A DNA stretch of 64,000 nucleotides from Minisyncoccia bacterium (GTDB lineage: Bacteria; Patescibacteriota; Minisyncoccia; Phycocordibacterales; UBA9973). Positions within the stretch are counted from its first letter, which is position 1. Each line of letters starts with the position of its first letter. Position numbers and translations under genes: made by a program. Location of the stretch: NCBI GenBank assembly GCA_965656375.1, contig CBFHKH010000001.1:644291-708290 (forward strand), given 5' to 3'. Below are positions 47,880 through 55,946 of this stretch, piece after piece. Under the pieces are notes generated by a model, which did no database searches, was not told where the DNA came from, and saw only the letters and a program-made list of their open reading frames with translations.

Positions 47880-48030
47880 GCAGGGATATCTCGACCTACG
47901 GTCGCGGGTACTTTTCTGCATTTGTAATCAAATGACAGAAAAGTCTTTCGATTCCTGCACGCAAAACATGCAGATGTTTTGCTCGGGATCACCACATTAA
48001 AAAATACCCAACAAAGGGTATTTTTTAATG
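47880..48030 (+). repeat. tRNA-3'-anchored structured element (Arg copy)
   Basis: TTCGATTCCTGC|CGGGATCACCA split by a 25-nt hairpin at 47959-47983. Confidence 0.8.
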
Positions 48031-48105
48031 TGGTGATCCCGGCAGGAATCGAACCTGCATCATAACTTCCGCAAAGTTACGTCCTATCCATTGAACGACG
48101 GGACC
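48031..48105 (-). tRNA. tRNA-Arg (GCG)
   Basis: GGTCCCG acceptor, TAACT-TTGCGGA-AGTTA anticodon arm, GCAGG-TTCGATT-CCTGC T-arm, encoded CCA. Confidence 0.93.
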
Positions 48106-48165
48106 ATGTAGTACGTAATCTACACTATTAGACGCGTATTCGCAAGTAAATGCTATACTTTATCT

Positions 48166-48777
48166 ATGTTTAATCTGACCGAAAGAGAAATAAAGATTTT
48201 CAAAAAGCTCAATACTCCAGCAAAAATCCAGGATTTTATAAACACACTTTCTCCTAATTTTGAACGGAATGGAGAGACATGCTCTTCACCTCGAGTGACG
48301 CTTTCGCGAGGGACTGCACACTGCCTCGAAGGTGCGTATTTAGCAGCAGCAATACTGTGGTTTCATGGAGAGAAACCTCTCCTTCTTGATCTGAAAAGCG
48401 GAAAGAAAGATTTTGATCATGTAGTGACTCTTTTTAAGAGAGATGGTATGTGGGGAGCAATATCAAAAACTAACCACGCAGTACTTCGCTATCGTGAACC
48501 GGTATACAAGAGTGTTCGAGAACTTGCGATGTCGTACTTCCATGAATACTTTACGAATCATGACGGGAAAAAGACACTCGAAAGCTTTTCAAAGCCATAT
48601 AATTTGAAGAAATTCGGCACAGGGTGGATCACAAGTACTGAAGACTTGTGGAATATAGGTGCGCTACTCGATGCATCACCGCATATATCTATAGTCAGTA
48701 AAAGAATATCCAAACAATTACGAAAAGCCGACCCAATAGAGATAGAGGCGGGTAAGCTCGTAGAATATAAAAAATAA
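48166..48777 (+). CDS. Conserved hypothetical protein, transglutaminase-like fold
   Basis: AHCLEGA and DHVV motifs suggest a Cys-His catalytic pair. Confidence 0.6.
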   Translation: MFNLTEREIKIFKKLNTPAKIQDFINTLSPNFERNGETCSSPRVTLSRGTAHCLEGAYLAAAILWFHGEKPLLLDLKSGKKDFDHVVTLFKRDGMWGAISKTNHAVLRYREPVYKSVRELAMSYFHEYFTNHDGKKTLESFSKPYNLKKFGTGWITSTEDLWNIGALLDASPHISIVSKRISKQLRKADPIEIEAGKLVEYKK

Positions 48778-48785
48778 AAGCTCGG

Positions 48786-49256
48786 TTAGAATCCGAGCTT
48801 CTCAGCAAAGAGCATTGATTTTGACTCTTCAATCTCTATCGGCTCTATTACTTTTGAAAGTGTTTCGCGGATTTCGGTGGTGAGTGATTCTGGGAATGGA
48901 ATAGTGTATACAGGTAGGAATTTTTTTGAAGTGAGAATCATAAGCTTATTATATGGAGTGCCCGATTTAATACTGAAGCCTTTTACACTTTTCCAGATAT
49001 GCTCATCTTTACCAATAGAGAGGCCTTCTGTTTTAATAGAGAATGACATCATTTGAGGAGGGCGCATTGTAAACATGATAAGGCATGCGCCAGAAATGAG
49101 AATGAAAATCCCAAATACATAATTGTGGAACCAAAATGCAATTACTGTCCCGATAAGAGCTATGAGCCCGATTGTCCAGAACCAGTCCATAGAGCGCTCC
49201 TTATGAGAGTACTCCGGAGCTTGCCATTCTATAGGGGTGATGATAACTTCTTCCAT
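48786..49256 (-). CDS. Conserved CPR membrane protein (EWQAPEY...DWFW)
   Basis: Two TM helices and a PH-like C-terminus. Start revised to 49256. Confidence 0.7.
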   Translation of the reverse strand: MEEVIITPIEWQAPEYSHKERSMDWFWTIGLIALIGTVIAFWFHNYVFGIFILISGACLIMFTMRPPQMMSFSIKTEGLSIGKDEHIWKSVKGFSIKSGTPYNKLMILTSKKFLPVYTIPFPESLTTEIRETLSKVIEPIEIEESKSMLFAEKLGF

Positions 49257-49318
49257 GACAATAGTATACCAACACTCTATTAAAAAAACTACTGAATAAT
49301 AAAGCAAGAACTCTTAGA

Positions 49319-50041
49319 TTAAACTTCTGGTTTAAAATTATTCCGGCTCCAATTCCATAGGACTGGATGCATTTCGACAGGAGTGAGCTTGGAATCTTTC
49401 AAAAGTGTGAACCAGGCAAGAGCGATCTCTTCCGGAGTTGTTCCTTCTTTTGTTATTCCCAAATGTATCGAGCATTGAGCAACATGTGTGTCTGGAATAA
49501 TAGAAAGTAAGTGCGTATCTTTTAATTTAATATCTGTGTATTGATCAAGAATATAGAGCCAATAGTTCGACATCTTTGCTCCATTCAGATAGGGGAATTT
49601 CTTTTTCTCACTTCGAAGTTCCGTAATAATGTCGGAAACACTTGAGTTAAATCTTTTTATAAGCTCACGTGGATCATTGTTGTATTCTTCATTGAGAGTC
49701 TTACAAAGTGTCACCCATATATCAGTATGCTTGTTGAGCTGAAGTGATAGCTTGTGCTTGCGGAGATCGGATTGAACTTTTTGATATGGAGTAGTAACTA
49801 CTTTCTCTGGAAAGAAAAGATACTGCGTTTCGGGATCATTCCAAGTAGCAAATGCGGCTTTCCACATTGCTGGACTTTGCCGTTGAAAATTGAGACATGG
49901 TGGAAGAGTAAAATAGAGATAATTCTCGCGACTACCAAGCGGATTATCAGGATGTATCTCGTGGTTGGAAAGTGTCGGAATCTGACCACTCTCGAATATT
50001 TTATGGAGTTTCTCTACTTTTTGGAGAATTTCTGAAGTCAT
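49319..50041 (-). CDS. Hypothetical protein, HhH DNA-glycosylase-like
   Basis: FPYLNGAKM...IPDTHV resembles an HhH-GPD-like motif. Confidence 0.5.
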   Translation of the reverse strand: MTSEILQKVEKLHKIFESGQIPTLSNHEIHPDNPLGSRENYLYFTLPPCLNFQRQSPAMWKAAFATWNDPETQYLFFPEKVVTTPYQKVQSDLRKHKLSLQLNKHTDIWVTLCKTLNEEYNNDPRELIKRFNSSVSDIITELRSEKKKFPYLNGAKMSNYWLYILDQYTDIKLKDTHLLSIIPDTHVAQCSIHLGITKEGTTPEEIALAWFTLLKDSKLTPVEMHPVLWNWSRNNFKPEV

Positions 50042-50134
50042 AGGAAAAGTATAGCAGATAGGGGGAGGGAGTTCGAGTTTTAAATTTAGGCGGTGAGAGC
50101 TTCGAAACTTACAGTTTCAGTACACCTCTTGAAA

Positions 50135-50277
50135 GAGATTCGCCGATACTGCGGCAGGTATTTTTCGACTGAGTAAACTCAGTAACGAAAAATCTTTCGA
50201 ATCTCGCACGTACGTAAAGCAGTTTGCGTACTCGCCTCCGCAAATGAAAAAAGCCCCATAAGGGCAATTTCCATTTG
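50135..50277 (+). repeat. tRNA-3'-anchored structured element (Ser copy)
   Basis: TTCGAATCTCGC|CGCCTCCGCA split by a 25-nt hairpin at 50208-50232. Confidence 0.8.
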
Positions 50278-50364
50278 CGGAGGCGGTGAGATTCGAACTC
50301 ACGGACCGCGTAAACGGTCTCTTGTTTTCAAGACAAGTGCCTTCAACCACTCAGCCACACCTCC
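50278..50364 (-). tRNA. tRNA-Ser (UGA)
   Basis: GGAGGTG acceptor, CTTGT-CTTGAAA-ACAAG anticodon arm, long variable arm, GTGAG-TTCGAAT-CTCAC T-arm. Confidence 0.95.
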
Positions 50365-50373
50365 AGTGTGTAT

Positions 50374-50613
50374 TTAACTTAGTAAGAACTTTATTCTTTC
50401 TCTGCCTTTCCCTGACTTTAAAAACTTTTCTTCTTTTTGTGCATCTATCTTATTCTTAAATGCTTCGTAGTATACTAATTCCCAATGACCATTTTGGCTA
50501 GTGAAAGTTGATTTACCAGAATTATGTTCACTCAATCTTCTTTTGAGATCATTAGTGAATCCTTTGTACAACTTGTTATTTTTTTCACTTTTCAAAATAT
50601 ACACGTAATACAT
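50374..50613 (-). CDS. Stand-alone GIY-YIG nuclease
   Basis: YYVYIL...LYKGFT.DLKRRL.EHN and E..LKSG.GR motifs. Confidence 0.9.
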   Translation of the reverse strand: MYYVYILKSEKNNKLYKGFTNDLKRRLSEHNSGKSTFTSQNGHWELVYYEAFKNKIDAQKEEKFLKSGKGRERIKFLLS

Positions 50614-50622
50614 ATTTTTGCC

Positions 50623-50652
50623 TCCGCCCTAGGCGGATCAGCCTTGGGCTGA
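50623..50652. repeat. Tandem REP-like hairpins upstream of GIY-YIG
   Basis: TCCGCC-CTA-GGCGGA immediately followed by TCAGCC-TTG-GGCTGA. Confidence 0.7.
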
Positions 50653-50732
50653 ACAGCTCCATATATAAACTAATATACAAGGCGCATCATAGCAGAAATA
50701 CCCTTTTCCTGCAATTATGCTACTCTATCTAT

Positions 50733-51173
50733 ATGAAGCATTTGGGAATCGATTATGGCACAAAACGAGTAGGTTTGGCTCTCTCTGATGATGGGGGGAC
50801 GCTCGCTTTCCCATATAAAATAGTCCCAAACAATCTTGAGCTTGTTGATACGATCCACAATATTGCAGGCGAGGAAAGTATTGCGGCAATAGTACTCGGT
50901 GAATCACATGATCTCTCTGGTACACCAAACAAAGTGATGGGCAGTATCGAGGAACTCAAACGCAATCTCGAAGCAGAACTTGATTTGCCGGTATATTTTC
51001 AGAAGGAATTCATGACGACAATTCATGCACGAGGCCTGCCTGCGCAGGCAGGGAGAGAGGGAAAAGAGCAGAATAATGCTCGCAAAATCGCAAAAGAAAA
51101 AAGTTCACCAGCCGATGCATCTGCAGCTGCACTCATACTCCAGCGATATCTTGATAAGAAGAATCAGAAATAA
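50733..51173 (+). CDS. ruvX: Holliday junction resolvase-like RuvX/YqgF
   Basis: LGIDYGTKRVGLA and DASAAALILQRYLD motifs. Confidence 0.92.
   Translation: MKHLGIDYGTKRVGLALSDDGGTLAFPYKIVPNNLELVDTIHNIAGEESIAAIVLGESHDLSGTPNKVMGSIEELKRNLEAELDLPVYFQKEFMTTIHARGLPAQAGREGKEQNNARKIAKEKSSPADASAAALILQRYLDKKNQK
51035..51052. repeat. 18-bp palindromic intragenic element (copy 2, LPAQAG)
   Basis: CCTGCCTGCGCAGGCAGG in frame within ruvX. Confidence 0.9.
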
Positions 51174-51174
51174 T

Positions 51175-52920
51175 ATGTCTGCCTCAAAAACTCCACAATT
51201 TGATGCGCTGCTTGATCCGATATTGGATGCACTTGTTCCTCACACTCGAACCTGTATTGGAAGTAGTATTTCAAAGTTTTGTGAAAAAGAATTTACAATC
51301 ACTGATACTGATATTACTTTCTATAAAATGCTCCGTGTGCCACCACCACTTTCTTGTCCAACCTGTCGCAGGCAGAAACGTTTTGCGTTTGTGAATCGCT
51401 CTTCTTTTTATAAAAGGCGTAATGATGCTCCAGATGGTCCAGCGACTATTATCTCGTATGTGCCCCCCAAATCTCCACTTATTGTATATGACTATGAATA
51501 CTATCGATCTGCCAACTGGGATCCGACTACATATGGAACGACCTACGATCCAAACAAAACATTCTTTGATCAGTTATATGATTTGCGGTTACGTGTACCT
51601 CAACCATCGATTGTAAAAGATCCTTCGAATATAAATTATGAGTATTCTCTCAATGGTCGCGATTCAAAGAATGTGTATTGTTCAAGTGGAGCATTCAGTT
51701 CAGAAGACATTTGGTACTGTGTATTTGTTACAAAAAGTAGAATGATTATGGATGGTCACAAGGTAGCTCATGGAGATAATTGCTATAACATTTTCTTCTC
51801 CCCAAACTGCACTGGCTGCCAATATATACATTTCTCAAAAGAATGTATTGATTCCAAGTTTCTCTATGATTGTCGCAATTGTCAGGATTGTTTTGGATGC
51901 GTAAATCTCCGTAATAAAAGATACTGCTTTTTTAACGAACAACTCGACAAGACTACATATGAAACACGTCTCAGAGAACTTGAACTTGATAAGAGAAGTT
52001 CTATTGAATATATAAAAGGAAAATTTTGGGAGTTTGTTAAGTCACAGCCGATACTTGGTAGTCGATCAGTACAAGCAATTGATTCGAATGGGGTGCTTCT
52101 CACTAACTGCAGGAATTGCACCGAATGTGTTTCTGTTGAACGAGCAGAAAATGAGCGCTATTGTGATTCAACAATAGGACATCGTGATTCTATGGACGTG
52201 TATACGTCAGGGGGATCAGAGCTTATGTATCAATGTACGGGCTCAGGCTCTGATTGTGCGAATTCTAGATTTCTAGTGAATTCTAAATTTATCACTGACT
52301 CTGAATATCTCTTCAATTGTAGAAATTGCCAATTCTGCTTTGGATCTATTGCGCTTGAGAATAAAAAACATTGTATCTTTAACAAGCAATACGAACCCGA
52401 AGAATATTTCATAGAATTGGACAAGATCAAGTCAAACATGCTCGCGAATGGGGAATATGGAGAGTTTTTCCCGTATTCGTTCTCGACATTTGCATACAAT
52501 GGTTCTGATGTCGACTATACATATCCGCTTGAAAAAGAAGAAATCGAAAAACTCGGAGCTCTCCATCAGGAGAATATTGATACAGACCTCACTGGTTTAT
52601 CACTTGTAACTCGTAATGAACTTTCAGATTCGATCAAAGATGTGACGGATGAAATATTAGGACAAGCAATTGTGTGCGAAGAGACAGGCAAACCATTTCG
52701 CATTATCAAAAGCGAACTCGATTTCTATAGAAGAAATTCTATTCCTGTACCAACAGTTAGTCCCTACAGAAGGATGAAGAATATGTTCATCTATATGGGT
52801 AACAATTTGTCTTATTCTGATACATGTAAATCATGCGGAATCAGTATTGAGACAATATATGAACCCAATACTGGTTGGAAGCCATATTGTGAGAAATGTT
52901 ATCAACAAGAGGTAATCTAA
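51175..52920 (+). CDS. CPR-type Cys-rich repeat protein with zinc ribbons (paralog 1)
   Basis: CPTCRR, repeated CxNCxxCFGC, GEYGEFFP and C-terminal YCEKCYQQEV. Start revised to 51175. Confidence 0.8.
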   Translation: MSASKTPQFDALLDPILDALVPHTRTCIGSSISKFCEKEFTITDTDITFYKMLRVPPPLSCPTCRRQKRFAFVNRSSFYKRRNDAPDGPATIISYVPPKSPLIVYDYEYYRSANWDPTTYGTTYDPNKTFFDQLYDLRLRVPQPSIVKDPSNINYEYSLNGRDSKNVYCSSGAFSSEDIWYCVFVTKSRMIMDGHKVAHGDNCYNIFFSPNCTGCQYIHFSKECIDSKFLYDCRNCQDCFGCVNLRNKRYCFFNEQLDKTTYETRLRELELDKRSSIEYIKGKFWEFVKSQPILGSRSVQAIDSNGVLLTNCRNCTECVSVERAENERYCDSTIGHRDSMDVYTSGGSELMYQCTGSGSDCANSRFLVNSKFITDSEYLFNCRNCQFCFGSIALENKKHCIFNKQYEPEEYFIELDKIKSNMLANGEYGEFFPYSFSTFAYNGSDVDYTYPLEKEEIEKLGALHQENIDTDLTGLSLVTRNELSDSIKDVTDEILGQAIVCEETGKPFRIIKSELDFYRRNSIPVPTVSPYRRMKNMFIYMGNNLSYSDTCKSCGISIETIYEPNTGWKPYCEKCYQQEVI

Positions 52921-52927
52921 TCATTAT

Positions 52928-54667
52928 ATGCAAACTCGAAATTGCCAAAATTGTAAACAAGATTTTAATGTTGAACCAGATGACTTTTCATTTTATAAAA
53001 AGGTAGGAGTACCTGCACCGACATTTTGTCCAAGTTGTAGACTCCAAAGAAGATTAGCATATATAAATGAAAGGACTCTTTTCAGGAGACCATGTAGTAG
53101 TTGCGGAAAATCTATTGTTTCTATTTACTCTGAAGAAGGCAGTTATCGGGCGTTTTGTGATGTATGTTACAACTCCGAATTAAGAGATGAATATGAATTT
53201 GGAGTAGAGTATGATTTCTCAAAACCTTTTTTCTTACAATTTGATCAACTATTTAAAAAAGCTCCGCACCGAGCGCTTGTCCATAAAGATAATAATGCGG
53301 AAGGCTGCGAGTATGCGAACTATACGTACAAAAGTAAGAATACCTATCTTTCCTTCAGTGTTGTTGGTTCGGAGGAAATTTATTACTCCAAGCAGGTGAT
53401 GAAGAGGAATAAGATATGTCTCGATTCTATGAATATCCTCGCGAATGAACGGGGGTATGAACTTATTGAATCAAGCGGTAATTACAATTGCCGATTCCTT
53501 GTCCGATCGAGCCAGTGTGTCGAAAGTATGTTTCTTTTTAATTGTAAAAATTGTACAGATTGCTGTCTTTCATCAAACCTCCAAAACAAAAGCTATGTTT
53601 TTCGAAATCGGCAGCTCACTCGAGAAAAGTATATGGAAGCAGTACGAACCCTCATGCTCGATAGCCATTCTGGACAAGAGACAGCAAAAGAAGAATTTAA
53701 GATTATTTCTCAGAATGCGATTTGCCGTTTTGCTCTTATTAAGAACTGCGTAGATTCGACTGGTAATTTCATGGAAGATTGCAAAAATGTTAAACACTCA
53801 TTTAATGTCGTTACATCGGAGGATTCAAAATATGTATATCTTCAAGTCAACAAGATGAGTAGTTCGTATGATATGTTCTATACTGGCAAGATGGAACTCT
53901 GTTATGAAGTTTCCAATGGGGGAGCAGTAGATTACCATGTTCTCTTTTCACTCGATATTGGCAACTCAAAGGATGCTTATTACAATAATTCTTGTAATTC
54001 GTGCAGTAATATCTTCGGTTGTGTCGGTTTATATGGTAAAGAGTATTGTATTTTAAATAGACAATATACGAAGGAAGAATACGAAACACTTGTTCCGCAA
54101 ATTATCGAACACATGAATGAAATGCCATATGTCGACAAAAAGGGAAGAATCTATAAATACGGAGAATATTTCCCTACTGATCTTTCTCCATTCCCATACA
54201 ATGAGTCACTCGCGTATGAGGAATTTCCACTTGCCAAATATGAAGTTGAACAGGAAGGATATATTTGGTCAGATCATCAAGAGAAATATGCTGATTCAAC
54301 TATACAAAGCAATTCACTTCCTGAGAGCATCGCAGAAGTTGATGATAGTATTGTAAAAGAAACAATTGCTTGCCCAAATAAAGGGGATGTAAAAGTTCAA
54401 TGTACCTTTGGATACAGAATTCACCCCGAAGAGCTTAGATTCTATCGGTTAATGAATATTCCTGTCCCGCGATATTGTCCAAATTGTCGTTATTATCAAC
54501 GCTTATATTGGAAGCTCCCATGGAAACTTTGGCATAGAACTTGTATGTGTGATTTATCAACTCACTCACATAAAGGGAAATGTTTAAATGAATTTGAAAC
54601 AGCATATGCTCCTGATAGACCAGAGAGGGTTTATTGCGAGAAATGTTATCAACAAGAGGTGATATAA
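52928..54667 (+). CDS. CPR-type Cys-rich repeat protein with zinc ribbons (paralog 2)
   Basis: CQNCK, CPSCR, YGEYFP and YCEKCYQQEV. Confidence 0.8.
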   Translation: MQTRNCQNCKQDFNVEPDDFSFYKKVGVPAPTFCPSCRLQRRLAYINERTLFRRPCSSCGKSIVSIYSEEGSYRAFCDVCYNSELRDEYEFGVEYDFSKPFFLQFDQLFKKAPHRALVHKDNNAEGCEYANYTYKSKNTYLSFSVVGSEEIYYSKQVMKRNKICLDSMNILANERGYELIESSGNYNCRFLVRSSQCVESMFLFNCKNCTDCCLSSNLQNKSYVFRNRQLTREKYMEAVRTLMLDSHSGQETAKEEFKIISQNAICRFALIKNCVDSTGNFMEDCKNVKHSFNVVTSEDSKYVYLQVNKMSSSYDMFYTGKMELCYEVSNGGAVDYHVLFSLDIGNSKDAYYNNSCNSCSNIFGCVGLYGKEYCILNRQYTKEEYETLVPQIIEHMNEMPYVDKKGRIYKYGEYFPTDLSPFPYNESLAYEEFPLAKYEVEQEGYIWSDHQEKYADSTIQSNSLPESIAEVDDSIVKETIACPNKGDVKVQCTFGYRIHPEELRFYRLMNIPVPRYCPNCRYYQRLYWKLPWKLWHRTCMCDLSTHSHKGKCLNEFETAYAPDRPERVYCEKCYQQEVI

Positions 54668-54674
54668 TCAAACT

Positions 54675-54893
54675 ATGGATATATTCAAGCTAATCGGAAT
54701 AATAGGGCTTGTGCTCATATGTATGGCGATGATTGTTCGAAAACGAACGCTCCGTGATATTCTCTCGTTCTTTGGCGGAGTAGGGTTGCTCATCTATAGC
54801 ATTTATTTAAAAGATACTATCTTTATAATTCTACAATCTGTATATATAACGGTAGTGTCTGTTGATTATCTTAAGCAGAACAAAAAAAGCTGA
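54675..54893 (+). CDS. Small membrane protein (about 3 TM)
   Basis: Hydrophobic 72 aa; leaderless promoter upstream and terminator at 54885-54914. Confidence 0.7.
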   Translation: MDIFKLIGIIGLVLICMAMIVRKRTLRDILSFFGGVGLLIYSIYLKDTIFIILQSVYITVVSVDYLKQNKKS

Positions 54894-54934
54894 TTCAAAA
54901 TTGAATCAGCTTTTGAAGATGCTATAATATCGAA

Positions 54935-55306
54935 ATGGAATACGTAACATATGATGAATTCAAGAAAATGGACATACGACTCGGCACAATCCGTGAGGTA
55001 GAGCCTGTACCAGAGACAGACAAACTACTTCGTTTCCAGATAGATTTCAATGAGAAAGATGAAGAGGGGAATGCAAAACTGCGACAGATCGTCTCTGGCA
55101 TTCATGAATTTTATCCTGAGTATGAGAAGCTTATAGGCAAACAAGTACTCTATATTGTAAATCTTGAACCGCGTATGATCAAAGGCATCGAGAGCCAAGG
55201 GATGCTCATGGCAGTCGATGGCCTGCCTGCGCAGGCAGGTGCAGATGGCAAGCCAGTATTTTTAATTCCCGAAACCGAAGTTACTCCAGGTGCACGCGTG
55301 CGATAA
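54935..55306 (+). CDS. tRNA-binding OB-fold protein (Trbp111/CsaA/MetG C-terminal family)
   Basis: DIRLG, DKLL, RQIVSGI, NLEPR and ESQGML motifs. Confidence 0.9.
   Translation: MEYVTYDEFKKMDIRLGTIREVEPVPETDKLLRFQIDFNEKDEEGNAKLRQIVSGIHEFYPEYEKLIGKQVLYIVNLEPRMIKGIESQGMLMAVDGLPAQAGADGKPVFLIPETEVTPGARVR
55222..55239. repeat. 18-bp palindromic intragenic element (copy 3, LPAQAG)
   Basis: CCTGCCTGCGCAGGCAGG in frame. Confidence 0.9.
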
Positions 55307-55307
55307 T

Positions 55308-55898
55308 ATGCCTGATCCTATTGATATCATCAAAGCAGTCGGTCTCCTTGGTATTTTTATGATGGTTTTTTCAGAGTCCGGAATGTTCTTCGGATTCTTC
55401 TTACCGGGGGATTCACTCCTTTTTAGTGCAGGGTTGATCGCATCAAATGGATTTTTTGATATTAAATTGTTAATTATTGGTTGCATCATTGCTGCAATTT
55501 TGGGAGATACTGTTGGGTATTGGATGGGTAGAAAGATGGGACCGAAACTCTTCTACAAGGACAAAGGATTTTTCTTTAGGAAAAAACGCATTGATGATGC
55601 AGAAGCGTTCTATAAAAAGCATGGTGTCATCACTATTATAATTGCTCGCTTTATACCTGTTGTTCGTACCTTTGCCCCTATCGTGGCCGGTATGGGCAAG
55701 ATGAAGTACAACACATTCATAACCTATAACATTCTCGGTGGAATATTCTGGGTACTTCTTTTGACGCTTTTCGGTTATTTCCTCGGTATGAAGATCCCAG
55801 ATCCTGATACATACATACTCCCGATAGTTATAGGTATCATAGGTATATCGATACTTCCTCTTATCTACAAAATGGCTACAAATGACAAACGCCGATAG
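55308..55898 (+). CDS. DedA family membrane protein
   Basis: FLPGDSLLF, GDTVGYW.GR and ARFIPVVRTF motifs. Start revised to 55308. Confidence 0.93.
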   Translation: MPDPIDIIKAVGLLGIFMMVFSESGMFFGFFLPGDSLLFSAGLIASNGFFDIKLLIIGCIIAAILGDTVGYWMGRKMGPKLFYKDKGFFFRKKRIDDAEAFYKKHGVITIIIARFIPVVRTFAPIVAGMGKMKYNTFITYNILGGIFWVLLLTLFGYFLGMKIPDPDTYILPIVIGIIGISILPLIYKMATNDKRR

Positions 55899-55946
55899 CA
55901 TCTATTCCTTTTATATAGTCTTTAACTATCGTATAATAAAATAGTA

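Noticed and set aside
50117-50350. 77-aa minus-strand ORF (likewise 44662-44853 on the + strand)
   Set aside because: These overlap tRNA genes.
51025-51174. N-terminal extension of the first Cys-rich protein
   Set aside because: It overlaps ruvX; the ATG at 51175 just after the ruvX stop is the plausible start.
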